DNA of 64,000 nucleotides from contig JBFWRP010000021.1 of the NCBI GenBank assembly GCA_050248855.1, positions 1 through 64,000 on the forward strand. Reading direction: 5' to 3'. The translations under genes were made by a program, and so were the position numbers. The notes below the pieces were generated by a model. It worked only from the letters and a program-made list of their open reading frames with translations, had not been told where the DNA came from and ran no database searches. This DNA comes from Planctomycetota bacterium (GTDB lineage Bacteria; Planctomycetota; PLA2; JAEUHO01). Of the stretch, positions 56,400-64,000 are shown in pieces (within the stretch, counting starts at the first letter, position 1; each line of letters starts with the position of its first letter).

Positions 56400-58115
56400 T
56401 CATGCGGGTTCCGGGCCGGCTCCGAGGATGTCCCCGATCACATCGCGCAGCTCGCCCCTGCCGAACGGCTTGGTCAAGGCGCGCGCACCGGGCAGGATCC
56501 GGCCCTGCCGCAGGAGGTCCTCGCGCGAGTAGGCGGACATGTAGACGACCGGCGTGCCCGGCGACCGCGCCCGCAGCTCGCGGGCGACATCCTCGGCGGC
56601 ATGCTCGCCGGGCACCATGACGTCGGTCAGCAAGAGCTCGATCTCGTGCGCGCGCTCGCGCACGACCTGGAACGCCTCGTCGGCGTCGGCGGTGGCGAGC
56701 GCCCGGTGGCCCAGCCGCTCGAGGTAGAAGCAGGCCGTGCGGCGCACGAGGGTGTCGTCCTCGAGCACGAGCACGGTGGCGGGCCCGGCGCGTCGCCGTG
56801 GCGCGGCTTCGGCCGGCGCGGCCGAGTCCGCGTTCGTGGCCACCGCGGGCAGGTAGATCCGGAAGCGCGTGCCGAGGCCTGGCGCACTCTCGATGTCCAC
56901 GTGGCCGCCACCGCGCCGGACGATCCCGTACACGGTGGAGAGACCCAGGCCGGTCCCCCGCTCGCCCTTCGTGCTGAAGAACGGCTCGAAGGCGCGGCTG
57001 CGCGTCTCCTCGTCCATGCCCAGGCCGTCGTCGGCCACCTCGAGCACCAGGTGGCGACCGGGCGCGAGGCCCGGGAGGTGGCTCGCCGTCCCGGCGTCGA
57101 GGTCCACGCGCTGCGTCGTCACGGCGAGCCGGCCTCCGCGCGGCATCGCCTCGCGGGCATTGACGACGAGGTTCATCAGCACCTGCTCCACCGCGCCCGC
57201 CGCGAGCCCGACGCCCAGCCCGGGCGCGTCGACCTCCAGGTCGAGCTGGATCTCCTCGCCGAGCAGGCGCCGGAGCAGCCCCTCCCGTGCGGCGAGCAGG
57301 GCGTCCACCTCCACGCCGGCCGGCGCGCGCGGGTCGTCGCGGCTGAAGCTCATGAGCTGCCGCACCACCGAGGCGCCGCTCGCCGCGGCCTCGCGGATCT
57401 CCTCCATGCGCGCGTGCGCGCTGCTCGACTCGGCCAGCCCCCGGACGGCCATCTCGGCGCACCCACCGATGCCCATGAGCAGGTTGTTGAAGTCGTGCGC
57501 GATGCCCGTCGCGAGCCGGCCCACCGCTTCCATTTTCTGGGACTGGCGCCGGCGCTCCTCCATCGCGTCCCGCTCGGTGACGTCGGTGCCCGCGGAGAGC
57601 AGGCCCACGGTGCACCCGTGAGCGTCTTGGAGCATCGTGCCCTGCCACTCGATCATCCGCTCCGTGCCGTCGCGCAGGACGATCGGGTTGCGGCTCCCGC
57701 TCACACGGAAGCCGTCGATGGCCTGGCCGAACAGGGTGCCGATGCGCGCACGGTCGCGCTCGGGCAGGAACGCCTTGAACCAGTCCCGGCCGCGCATCTC
57801 GTCGAGCCGCCAGCCCGAGAGCCGCTCCATGTGCGGGTTGAAGTAGACGATCCGCCTCTCGGTGTCGAGCACGAGCACGATGACGGGTACGGTCTCGAGG
57901 AGCCGCCGGTTCAGCTCGTGCTCGTCCAGCAGGGCCCCGCTCGAGGGGGACGCTCCGGGGAGGCCGGGCCAGCCCGGCTCCCGCAGGTCGTCGTCCGCCC
58001 GCCGCGACACTTCCGACATCCGCCTCGTTTCGGCCATCCGTCCATGCAGGCGCGGTTCGGCAACGCTGGCCGACCACGCGTCGCGGCTCGCCAGCCCCCT
58101 CGGCCGGCGCGCCAT
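56400..58115 (-). CDS. PAS-domain hybrid histidine kinase/response regulator (CckA-like)
   Basis: PAS/PAC, GIAHDFNNLL, NLVVNAREAM, FEPFFSTK, GTGLGL, receiver VLEDD/LLTD/TKPF; start may be 58019 or 58037. Confidence 0.95.
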   Translation of the reverse strand: MARRPRGLASRDAWSASVAEPRLHGRMAETRRMSEVSRRADDDLREPGWPGLPGASPSSGALLDEHELNRRLLETVPVIVLVLDTERRIVYFNPHMERLSGWRLDEMRGRDWFKAFLPERDRARIGTLFGQAIDGFRVSGSRNPIVLRDGTERMIEWQGTMLQDAHGCTVGLLSAGTDVTERDAMEERRRQSQKMEAVGRLATGIAHDFNNLLMGIGGCAEMAVRGLAESSSAHARMEEIREAAASGASVVRQLMSFSRDDPRAPAGVEVDALLAAREGLLRRLLGEEIQLDLEVDAPGLGVGLAAGAVEQVLMNLVVNAREAMPRGGRLAVTTQRVDLDAGTASHLPGLAPGRHLVLEVADDGLGMDEETRSRAFEPFFSTKGERGTGLGLSTVYGIVRRGGGHVDIESAPGLGTRFRIYLPAVATNADSAAPAEAAPRRRAGPATVLVLEDDTLVRRTACFYLERLGHRALATADADEAFQVVRERAHEIELLLTDVMVPGEHAAEDVARELRARSPGTPVVYMSAYSREDLLRQGRILPGARALTKPFGRGELRDVIGDILGAGPEPA

Positions 58116-58480
58116 CCACGCCCTGAGTCTAGCGATCGCGCGCAGAGCGCGCCACGGCGCCCGCGTCGCCGGCCATCTCCGCGGCGGCGCAGAACCACGC
58201 CGTCGGCGCGCTCGCCCGCGTCATCCGCGCGCGCCTCCATGGCCGGTCCTCCATGGCCAGGGCTGCGAACGGTTCCCCAGGGCGCGTGCGTACGGCTCCC
58301 CGGTGCGACCCGGGTCCAGCCGCCGACGGCGCGCCAGGTCCCGGCCGACGGCCGGCACGCGCCTGACCCCGTCGCGCTCCGTCCCGATCCCGACGGGCCG
58401 GTCGGCGTCGGTGACCGACCACGACGGAGCCGCCCCCGTAGCCCCCTGCAGACAGACCGGAGCCGACGGCTGCGGGACGA

Positions 58481-59047
58481 CTACCCGGGGGGCAGGTGGT
58501 GATGGCGGCCTACCGCACGCACGGACGAGGCCGTGGGCCCCTCTTCGCCTTCGCTCTCGGCGTACCGCACCTCGGTGCCGATCGCCAGCGAACCGAAGCC
58601 GTCGTCGAGGACCGCGTTCGCATGGAAGTAGAGCTGCTCGCCGGACGCGGTCTCGATGAACCCGTGGCCTTGGTCGGGGAAGAGCCTCACCACGCGACCG
58701 TGGGGCGGCGTCTCGTGGTGCTTCACGTCGCCGCGCAGGCGGCGCACATGGTCCTCGAGCTGCCGGCGCGCGATGCGGAAGGCATCGTTCAGGGCCGTGT
58801 ACACGTCTTCGTGGGCGTGCTTCTCCTCGTGGTCGCGGTTCACGACGATGTGCCTCTGAGGTACGGCGAGGTCGATCCGGACCGAGTAGAGCTTGCCCTG
58901 GCGGTGGTGGCGGTGGGGGCTTGCGACGACGATGCGGGCGTTCGTGATGCGGTCGTGGAAGTGGAACAGCCGGTCGGCGAGCTCGCGCGCATGCGCCTCG
59001 ACCGCGTCGGAGTGCGGAATCCCGCTGAAGGACACCTGGACGGACAC
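58481..59047 (-). CDS. HPF/RaiA family protein with C-terminal cold-shock domain
   Basis: VQVSF..IPHSDAVE, HHRQGKLYSVRIDLAVP, DAF..ARRQL; HGFIET..LYFHANAV. Confidence 0.92.
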   Translation of the reverse strand: MSVQVSFSGIPHSDAVEAHARELADRLFHFHDRITNARIVVASPHRHHRQGKLYSVRIDLAVPQRHIVVNRDHEEKHAHEDVYTALNDAFRIARRQLEDHVRRLRGDVKHHETPPHGRVVRLFPDQGHGFIETASGEQLYFHANAVLDDGFGSLAIGTEVRYAESEGEEGPTASSVRAVGRHHHLPPG

Positions 59048-59214
59048 GCTGGATCTCCCGGGACATGGCGTCCCGGCCCATCCGGGGCCAAGACGAGGGT
59101 CACGCGCCGCGGCGTCCAGGGGGGCAGGGCCACGCGGATCACACCTGCCCCGAACGGGACCGCCGCAGCGCGTGCGTTGTTCGCCGTCGGCGTGACGGGC
59201 CGGAGCCGACCCGG

Positions 59215-59700
59215 TTACTTGACCGGGATCGCGCGGGCCTTCGCCTGCGCGCTCTTCGGCAGCCGGATCTGGAGGACGCCGTCCTTCATGTTGGCTTCGA
59301 CGTGGTCGCTCTCGACGGACCGGGGAAGGGAGAGGGAGCGGACGAAGCGCCCGTAGCGCCGCTCGACGCAGCGGTAGTCGCGCTTCTTCTCGTCCTCCGA
59401 CACCGACTTCTCGCCGGAGATCGTGAGGACGCCCTCCTCGATCTGGACCTTCACCTCGTTGCGGGACAGGCCCGGCAGCTCGACGTTGATCCAGACGTTC
59501 TCGGCGTCCTCGCTCATGTCGAGCGACGGCGAGAGCAGCGTGCCGTTCCCCTCGAGGCGGCGCCACGTGCTCCAGAAGTCGTCGAACAGACGGCTGAACG
59601 AGCCGAGCGGGGCCGTCTGGGCGAGGGGCTCCCACGGGGAAAGCGGCGCCGGCAGCGCCGCCGCCTTGGTCTCGAGGGGAGGGGTCAAAGTCTTGGGCAT
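59215..59700 (-). CDS. Hsp20/alpha-crystallin small heat shock protein
   Basis: AAGGAG RBS; ELPGL, LTISGEK, ERRYGRFVRS, DGVLQIRLPK. Confidence 0.95.
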   Translation of the reverse strand: MPKTLTPPLETKAAALPAPLSPWEPLAQTAPLGSFSRLFDDFWSTWRRLEGNGTLLSPSLDMSEDAENVWINVELPGLSRNEVKVQIEEGVLTISGEKSVSEDEKKRDYRCVERRYGRFVRSLSLPRSVESDHVEANMKDGVLQIRLPKSAQAKARAIPVK

Positions 59701-60082
59701 CGGTACACACTCCTTCGGGTCCGGGCGGGACCCACAAGCACCTGGCACGCACGGACCGTTGCGAGCGGCGTGCCGAGATGCCGCCCGCGCGCGTGCGGCC
59801 CTGGCGTGCGTCGGCTGCGGACGCGTCCATGCACGCCCGCGGAATCCTCCGCGCTGCGACGCGGAGGGCTCGGGGTCGGGCCTCCCACTTGCCTCGCCCG
59901 CGCCGCAGGCGGCCGCGATCGTCTCGCAACCGCGGGCCGCGCGCCCCGGCAGCAGGCTGCCCGAAGCCAGCCGGGCGCTGGCTTCCTCGCGACATCTCGC
60001 TCGATCGCCAGCGACCCCGCGTCCGGTCCCGGCCCGCCTTCGTCCCTCGCGTGCACGCCGCTGCCGGCCCTATGCTCGTCCC

Positions 60083-60946
60083 GTGCGGAAGGCCCCCGAC
60101 AACGAGCACGTCGCCTCCTTGCTCGAGGACATGGCCGACTTGCTCGAGGCCCAGGACGGAGACGTGTACCGGGTGCGGGCGTACCGCCGTGCCGCCGGGA
60201 CGGTGAGGGCCGAGTCGCGGCCCCTGGCCCGCATCCTCGAGGAAGAGGGCCGCGGGGGCCTCGAGCGCCTTCCCGCGATCGGGAAGGGCATCGCCTCGGC
60301 GATCGAGGAGCTGGTGCACACCGGGCGCCTCGGCCTCTTCGAGCGGCTCAAGGGGCAGATCTCGCCCGAGGACCTGTTCACGACGGTCCCGGGCATCGGG
60401 GAGGAGCTTGCGCACCGGATCCACGAGGCGCTCGGGATCGAGACCCTGGAGGAGCTCGAGCTTGCCGCCCACGACGGCAGGCTCCAGACCGTGCCGGGGA
60501 TGGGTCCCCGGCGCGCGCGGGCCGTGCGGGAGATCCTGGCCGCGGTCCTCAGCCGTTCGGCCCGGCGCCGGTCGCGCCGCATCGGCGGCGGCAGCCACCC
60601 CCCGGAGGAGCCTGACGTGGCCACGCTGCTCGACGTGGACGCCGAGTACCGCCGCCGGGCGGAGGCGGGGGAGCTGCGCACGATCGCGCCGCGACGCTTC
60701 AACCCGGCAGGGGAGGCCTGGCTCCCCGTGCTCCATACGACGCGGGGACCGTGGGCCTTCACGGCGCTCTTCTCGAACACCGCGCGCGCGCACCAGGCCC
60801 GGGCGACCCACGACTGGGTCGTCCTCTACTTCGAGCGCGACGGCGAGGAGGGCCAGTGCACGGTCGTCACGGAGACCCGCGGGCCCCAAGCCGGGCAGCG
60901 GGTCGTCCGCGGCCGCGAGCGGGCGGGCCCGCCGCTTGCTGGGTAG
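60083..60946 (+). CDS. helix-hairpin-helix DNA-binding protein (PolX N-terminal-like, no polymerase core)
   Basis: ADLLEAQ..YRVRAYRRAA, LPAIGKGIA, VPGIG, VPGMGPRR; C-terminal IAPRRFNP, ALFSNTARAH, DWVV. Confidence 0.88.
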   Translation: MRKAPDNEHVASLLEDMADLLEAQDGDVYRVRAYRRAAGTVRAESRPLARILEEEGRGGLERLPAIGKGIASAIEELVHTGRLGLFERLKGQISPEDLFTTVPGIGEELAHRIHEALGIETLEELELAAHDGRLQTVPGMGPRRARAVREILAAVLSRSARRRSRRIGGGSHPPEEPDVATLLDVDAEYRRRAEAGELRTIAPRRFNPAGEAWLPVLHTTRGPWAFTALFSNTARAHQARATHDWVVLYFERDGEEGQCTVVTETRGPQAGQRVVRGRERAGPPLAG

Positions 60947-60977
60947 CCGGACCGGGCAGCGAGCATCGGAGCCCGTC

Positions 60978-62978
60978 ATGATCGCTTCCGTCACGGAACG
61001 GGTGCGGATGGTCGAGCGCCAGATCGAGGCGCGCGGCGTGCGCGACACCCGCGTGCTGGCCGCGATGCGGGAGATCCCCCGCGAGGACTTCGTGCCGGAG
61101 GGGATGCGCGAGTTCGCCTACGAGGACGCGCCCCTGCCGATCGAGGAGGGCCAGACCATCTCGCAGCCCTACCTGGTGGCGCTGATGGTCGAGGCCCTCC
61201 GCCTCGGTCCGGAGGACCGCGTGCTGGAGGTCGGCGCGGGCTCGGGCTACGCGGCCGCGGTGCTGGGCCGCATCGCGCGCGAGGTGTTCGCGATCGAGCG
61301 CCATGCGAGCCTCGCGACGCGCGCGCAGGAGCGCGTCCGGAGCCTCGGCTACGAGAACGTGGACGTCGTGCTCGGCGACGGCACGCTCGGACTTCCCGCC
61401 CAGGCGCCCTTCGACGCGATCGTCGTGGCCGCGGGCGGCCCGTCCGTACCCGACGCCCTCCTGCGCCAGCTTGCGATCGGCGGCCGCCTCGTGATTCCGG
61501 TCGGGGACGAGCTCCGCAGCCAGGAGCTCGTCCGCGTGACGCGGACGGGGGAGCACCGGTTCGAGCGCGAGACCCTGGGGCGCGTGCGCTTCGTGCCGCT
61601 CATCGGGAGCGGGGGGTGGGCATTGGACGGTGCTCCCGTCTCGGCGCACCGCGCGCCCCCGCCCCTCCTCGTCCTGCCGCCGAAGCGGAGGCGCCTGGGC
61701 CACCTCGTCGCGCAGCATGCGGAGCCCTTCGCGGAGATCGAGGAGGCCGACCTCGGGCCCCTGCTCGAGCGGATCGGGGACGCCCGCGTCGTGCTCCTCG
61801 GCGAAGCGACGCACGGAACCTCCGAGTTCTACCGGATGCGCGCGCGCGTCACGCAGGCCCTGATCGGCGAACGCGGGTTCGGCGCCGTCTGCATCGAGGG
61901 GGACTGGCCCGACGCACGCGCGATCGACCGCTACGTGCGCGAGCACGGCGGCCCGCCGCTCGAGACCTCAGCCTTCTCCCGCTTCCCGACCTGGATGTGG
62001 CGCAACCGCGAGACGCGCGGCTTCGTGGACTGGCTCGCAGCGTACAACGCCGGGAGCGACGAGCCGGTCAGCGTGCACGGGCTCGACCTCTACTCGCTGT
62101 ACCGCTCGATCGAGGTCGTGCTCGAGTACCTCGATCGAGTGGACCCGGCGGCCGCCGACGCAGCCCGCGTACGGTACGGGTGCCTCTCGCCCTGGCAGAT
62201 GGACCCCGCCATGTACGGTCGCGCCGCCGCGTCGCGGCGCATCGCCGGCTGCGAGCAGGAGGTCGTGGCGACGCTCACGGACCTGCTGCAGCGGCGGTCG
62301 GCCTACGTCGCCCGCGACGGGGAGTCGTTCTTCGACGCGGAGCGCAACGCGGCGGTAGTCCGCGGCGCGGAACGCTACTACCGGATCATGTACCACGGCT
62401 CGCGCGACTCCTGGAACCTGCGCGACCAGCACATGTTCGAGACGCTCCGGGCCGTGCTCGAGCACCGCGGGCCGGGCGCGAAGGCCGTCGTCTGGGCCCA
62501 CAACTCGCACGTCGGCGACGCCCGCGCGACCGAGATGGCCGCACGCGGGGAGCTCAACATCGGCCAGCTCGCGCGCCAGGCCTTCGGCAGGGACGCCTAC
62601 CTCGTCGGATTCGGAACGGACCATGGAACCGTCGCCGCGGCATCGAACTGGGGTGATCCCGTGGAGATCAAGTCCGTGCGCCCGGCGCATCCGGACAGCT
62701 ACGAGCGGATCTGCCACGAGAGCCGGATCCCGGCGTTCCTGCTGCCGCTGCGCGCGCCCGCGTCTGCGGACATGCGGGAGGAGCTTGGGGACCCGCGTCT
62801 GGAGCGGGCGATCGGGGTGATCTACCGCCCGGAGACGGAGCTCCTGAGCCACTACTTCCAAGCCGTTCTCCCCGTCCAGTTCGACGAGTATGTCTGGTTC
62901 GACTCGACGCGCGCGGTCGAACCTCTCGAGGCGCACGAGCTGGCCGACGTCCCGGAGACCTACCCGTTCGGCCTCTGA
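60978..62978 (+). CDS. pcm: protein-L-isoaspartate O-methyltransferase fused to an erythromycin esterase-like domain
   Basis: QTISQPY, VLEVGAGSGY, VRFVPLIG; then LLGEATHGTSEFY, WNLRDQHM, WAHNSH, ERAIGVIYRP. Confidence 0.95.
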   Translation: MIASVTERVRMVERQIEARGVRDTRVLAAMREIPREDFVPEGMREFAYEDAPLPIEEGQTISQPYLVALMVEALRLGPEDRVLEVGAGSGYAAAVLGRIAREVFAIERHASLATRAQERVRSLGYENVDVVLGDGTLGLPAQAPFDAIVVAAGGPSVPDALLRQLAIGGRLVIPVGDELRSQELVRVTRTGEHRFERETLGRVRFVPLIGSGGWALDGAPVSAHRAPPPLLVLPPKRRRLGHLVAQHAEPFAEIEEADLGPLLERIGDARVVLLGEATHGTSEFYRMRARVTQALIGERGFGAVCIEGDWPDARAIDRYVREHGGPPLETSAFSRFPTWMWRNRETRGFVDWLAAYNAGSDEPVSVHGLDLYSLYRSIEVVLEYLDRVDPAAADAARVRYGCLSPWQMDPAMYGRAAASRRIAGCEQEVVATLTDLLQRRSAYVARDGESFFDAERNAAVVRGAERYYRIMYHGSRDSWNLRDQHMFETLRAVLEHRGPGAKAVVWAHNSHVGDARATEMAARGELNIGQLARQAFGRDAYLVGFGTDHGTVAAASNWGDPVEIKSVRPAHPDSYERICHESRIPAFLLPLRAPASADMREELGDPRLERAIGVIYRPETELLSHYFQAVLPVQFDEYVWFDSTRAVEPLEAHELADVPETYPFGL

Positions 62979-63443
62979 TCCCGGCGTTCCGCATGGAGGG
63001 CGGCCGCGGCGCGTGTACCGCGCTCGCACGCTCGGACCCGGGTCACCACCGTGCACGACGACACGGTGGCCACGCGCACGCCCGTGCCGGCGCACAGCCG
63101 CACGCGCCCCACGTTCGAAGGCCTTGACGTACCCAACGAGGCCGCCGACCGACGCCGGGTCCGGTGCGCCTTCACCGCCGACCGGCGCGGGAGCCTTCCC
63201 GAAGCTGACCGCCGACGTCCGCCGGAGGAGGGCCGGCGGTTGCCGGATGGGGTGCTCCCCGCTGCGGGTTCTTCCACGTCCGCCGTGGATTCTCCCGCGA
63301 CCTGCCCGGCCGCGGACACGCGCTGCCGCGCACGACCCCGCCTCCTGGGGCGCGGCCACCACGGGTGCGTCTTGGGCACACCGTTCGCCTGTTTGCACCT
63401 CGCTCGCCCGCACGACGTGTCGGCGCGCGAAGGGAGTTCTCCC

Positions 63444-64000
63444 ATGCGACACCTGGCTTTCCTGGGAACCCGGACGGTTTTCCTCCTCGGTGTGCTGGTC
63501 GCGGCCGCGCTGGTCAACGGCTGCGGCAGCGGCGGTGGCAGCGACCCTGACTCACCTCCGGTCATCGGCACGCCGGCTGTCGAATCACTCAGTGCCGGCG
63601 ACGGCCAAGTGGAGGTCAGCTGGTCCTTCGTCCCCGGCGTGGACGGCTACAACGTCTACTGGTCACCCGGTAGCATCTTCGACGCGGACGCAGCCCAGGT
63701 CGCCCTGGGCGTCCTCGACCACGAGTACACCATCGCCGGCCTGGAGGCCGGCGGCAGCTACACGGTGTGCATCGCAGGGACCATCGGCACGGCGGAAGGC
63801 CCCCTGTCGGCGCCTGCTGCGATCATCCTGCCGCCCGGCGCGCCCAGCGTCGTGTCGGCGACGTCCACCTCCACCGTCATCGTCGTGGAGTGGACCGATG
63901 TCCCGAGCGCGACGAGCTACGACGTCTATCGGAGCCTGAGCCCCGACGTGTCGACAGCCACCGGGGAGCGGTTCTCGGGCGTGAGCTCACCCTTCTCCGA
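63444..64000 (+). CDS. fibronectin type III domain lipoprotein (runs off window end)
   Basis: AAGGGAG RBS; MRHLAFLG...VNGC-GSGGG; AGDGQVEVSW..V.G..GYNVYW, GLEAGGSY, second FN3 VEW..V..ATSYDVYRS. Confidence 0.88.
   Translation, partial: MRHLAFLGTRTVFLLGVLVAAALVNGCGSGGGSDPDSPPVIGTPAVESLSAGDGQVEVSWSFVPGVDGYNVYWSPGSIFDADAAQVALGVLDHEYTIAGLEAGGSYTVCIAGTIGTAEGPLSAPAAIILPPGAPSVVSATSTSTVIVVEWTDVPSATSYDVYRSLSPDVSTATGERFSGVSSPFS

Noticed and set aside
56156..56400. Coding-like stretch MDLERRVPKRFPALEEPSPKAAREE
   Set aside because: The frame runs into the convergent kinase gene without a stop and I recognise no family; possibly a remnant but unsupported.
28836..62978. APH, beta-lactamase-like and erythromycin-esterase-like genes as an antibiotic resistance island
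   Set aside because: They are scattered members of broad superfamilies with no integron or mobile context; resistance cannot be inferred from fold motifs.
62980..63440. Possible riboswitch in the long leader of the FN3 lipoprotein
   Set aside because: Only generic GC-rich hairpins; no recognisable consensus.

Overview
Very GC-rich bacterial DNA with about 55 plausible protein-coding genes. I found no rRNA, tRNA, CRISPR array or intact transposase. The gene content suggests a Planctomycetota-like organism, which is an inference: a TIGR02999-type ECF sigma factor, an ECF sigma fused to carboxypeptidase-regulatory-like domains, and a kinase-FGE remnant. Ordinary content includes a six-gene CzcCBA-like metal efflux cluster with His-rich accessory proteins, a P450-TetR operon, glycosyltransferases, peptidases and hydrolases, a PAS hybrid kinase and a stress/repair cluster (HPF-CSD, Hsp20, HhH protein, PCM-erythromycin esterase fusion). 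The top candidate novel system is a translationally coupled operon at 10864-13266. It encodes a divergent Lgt-like diacylglyceryl transferase, a radical SAM enzyme resembling archaeal tetraether lipid synthase (Tes/GDGT-MAS), and a 72-aa Zn-ribbon membrane peptide with a lipobox-like Cys near its C-terminus. Other signals: a modular REP/REPIN-like repeat family rearranged between loci and lying next to chimeric gene remnants, a recurring leaderless -10/start-codon geometry, two orphan secretin-like proteins, a tandem pair of unknown paralogs, and a LamG lipoprotein with an in-frame TAG. All family assignments come from motif recognition by eye, not database searches.
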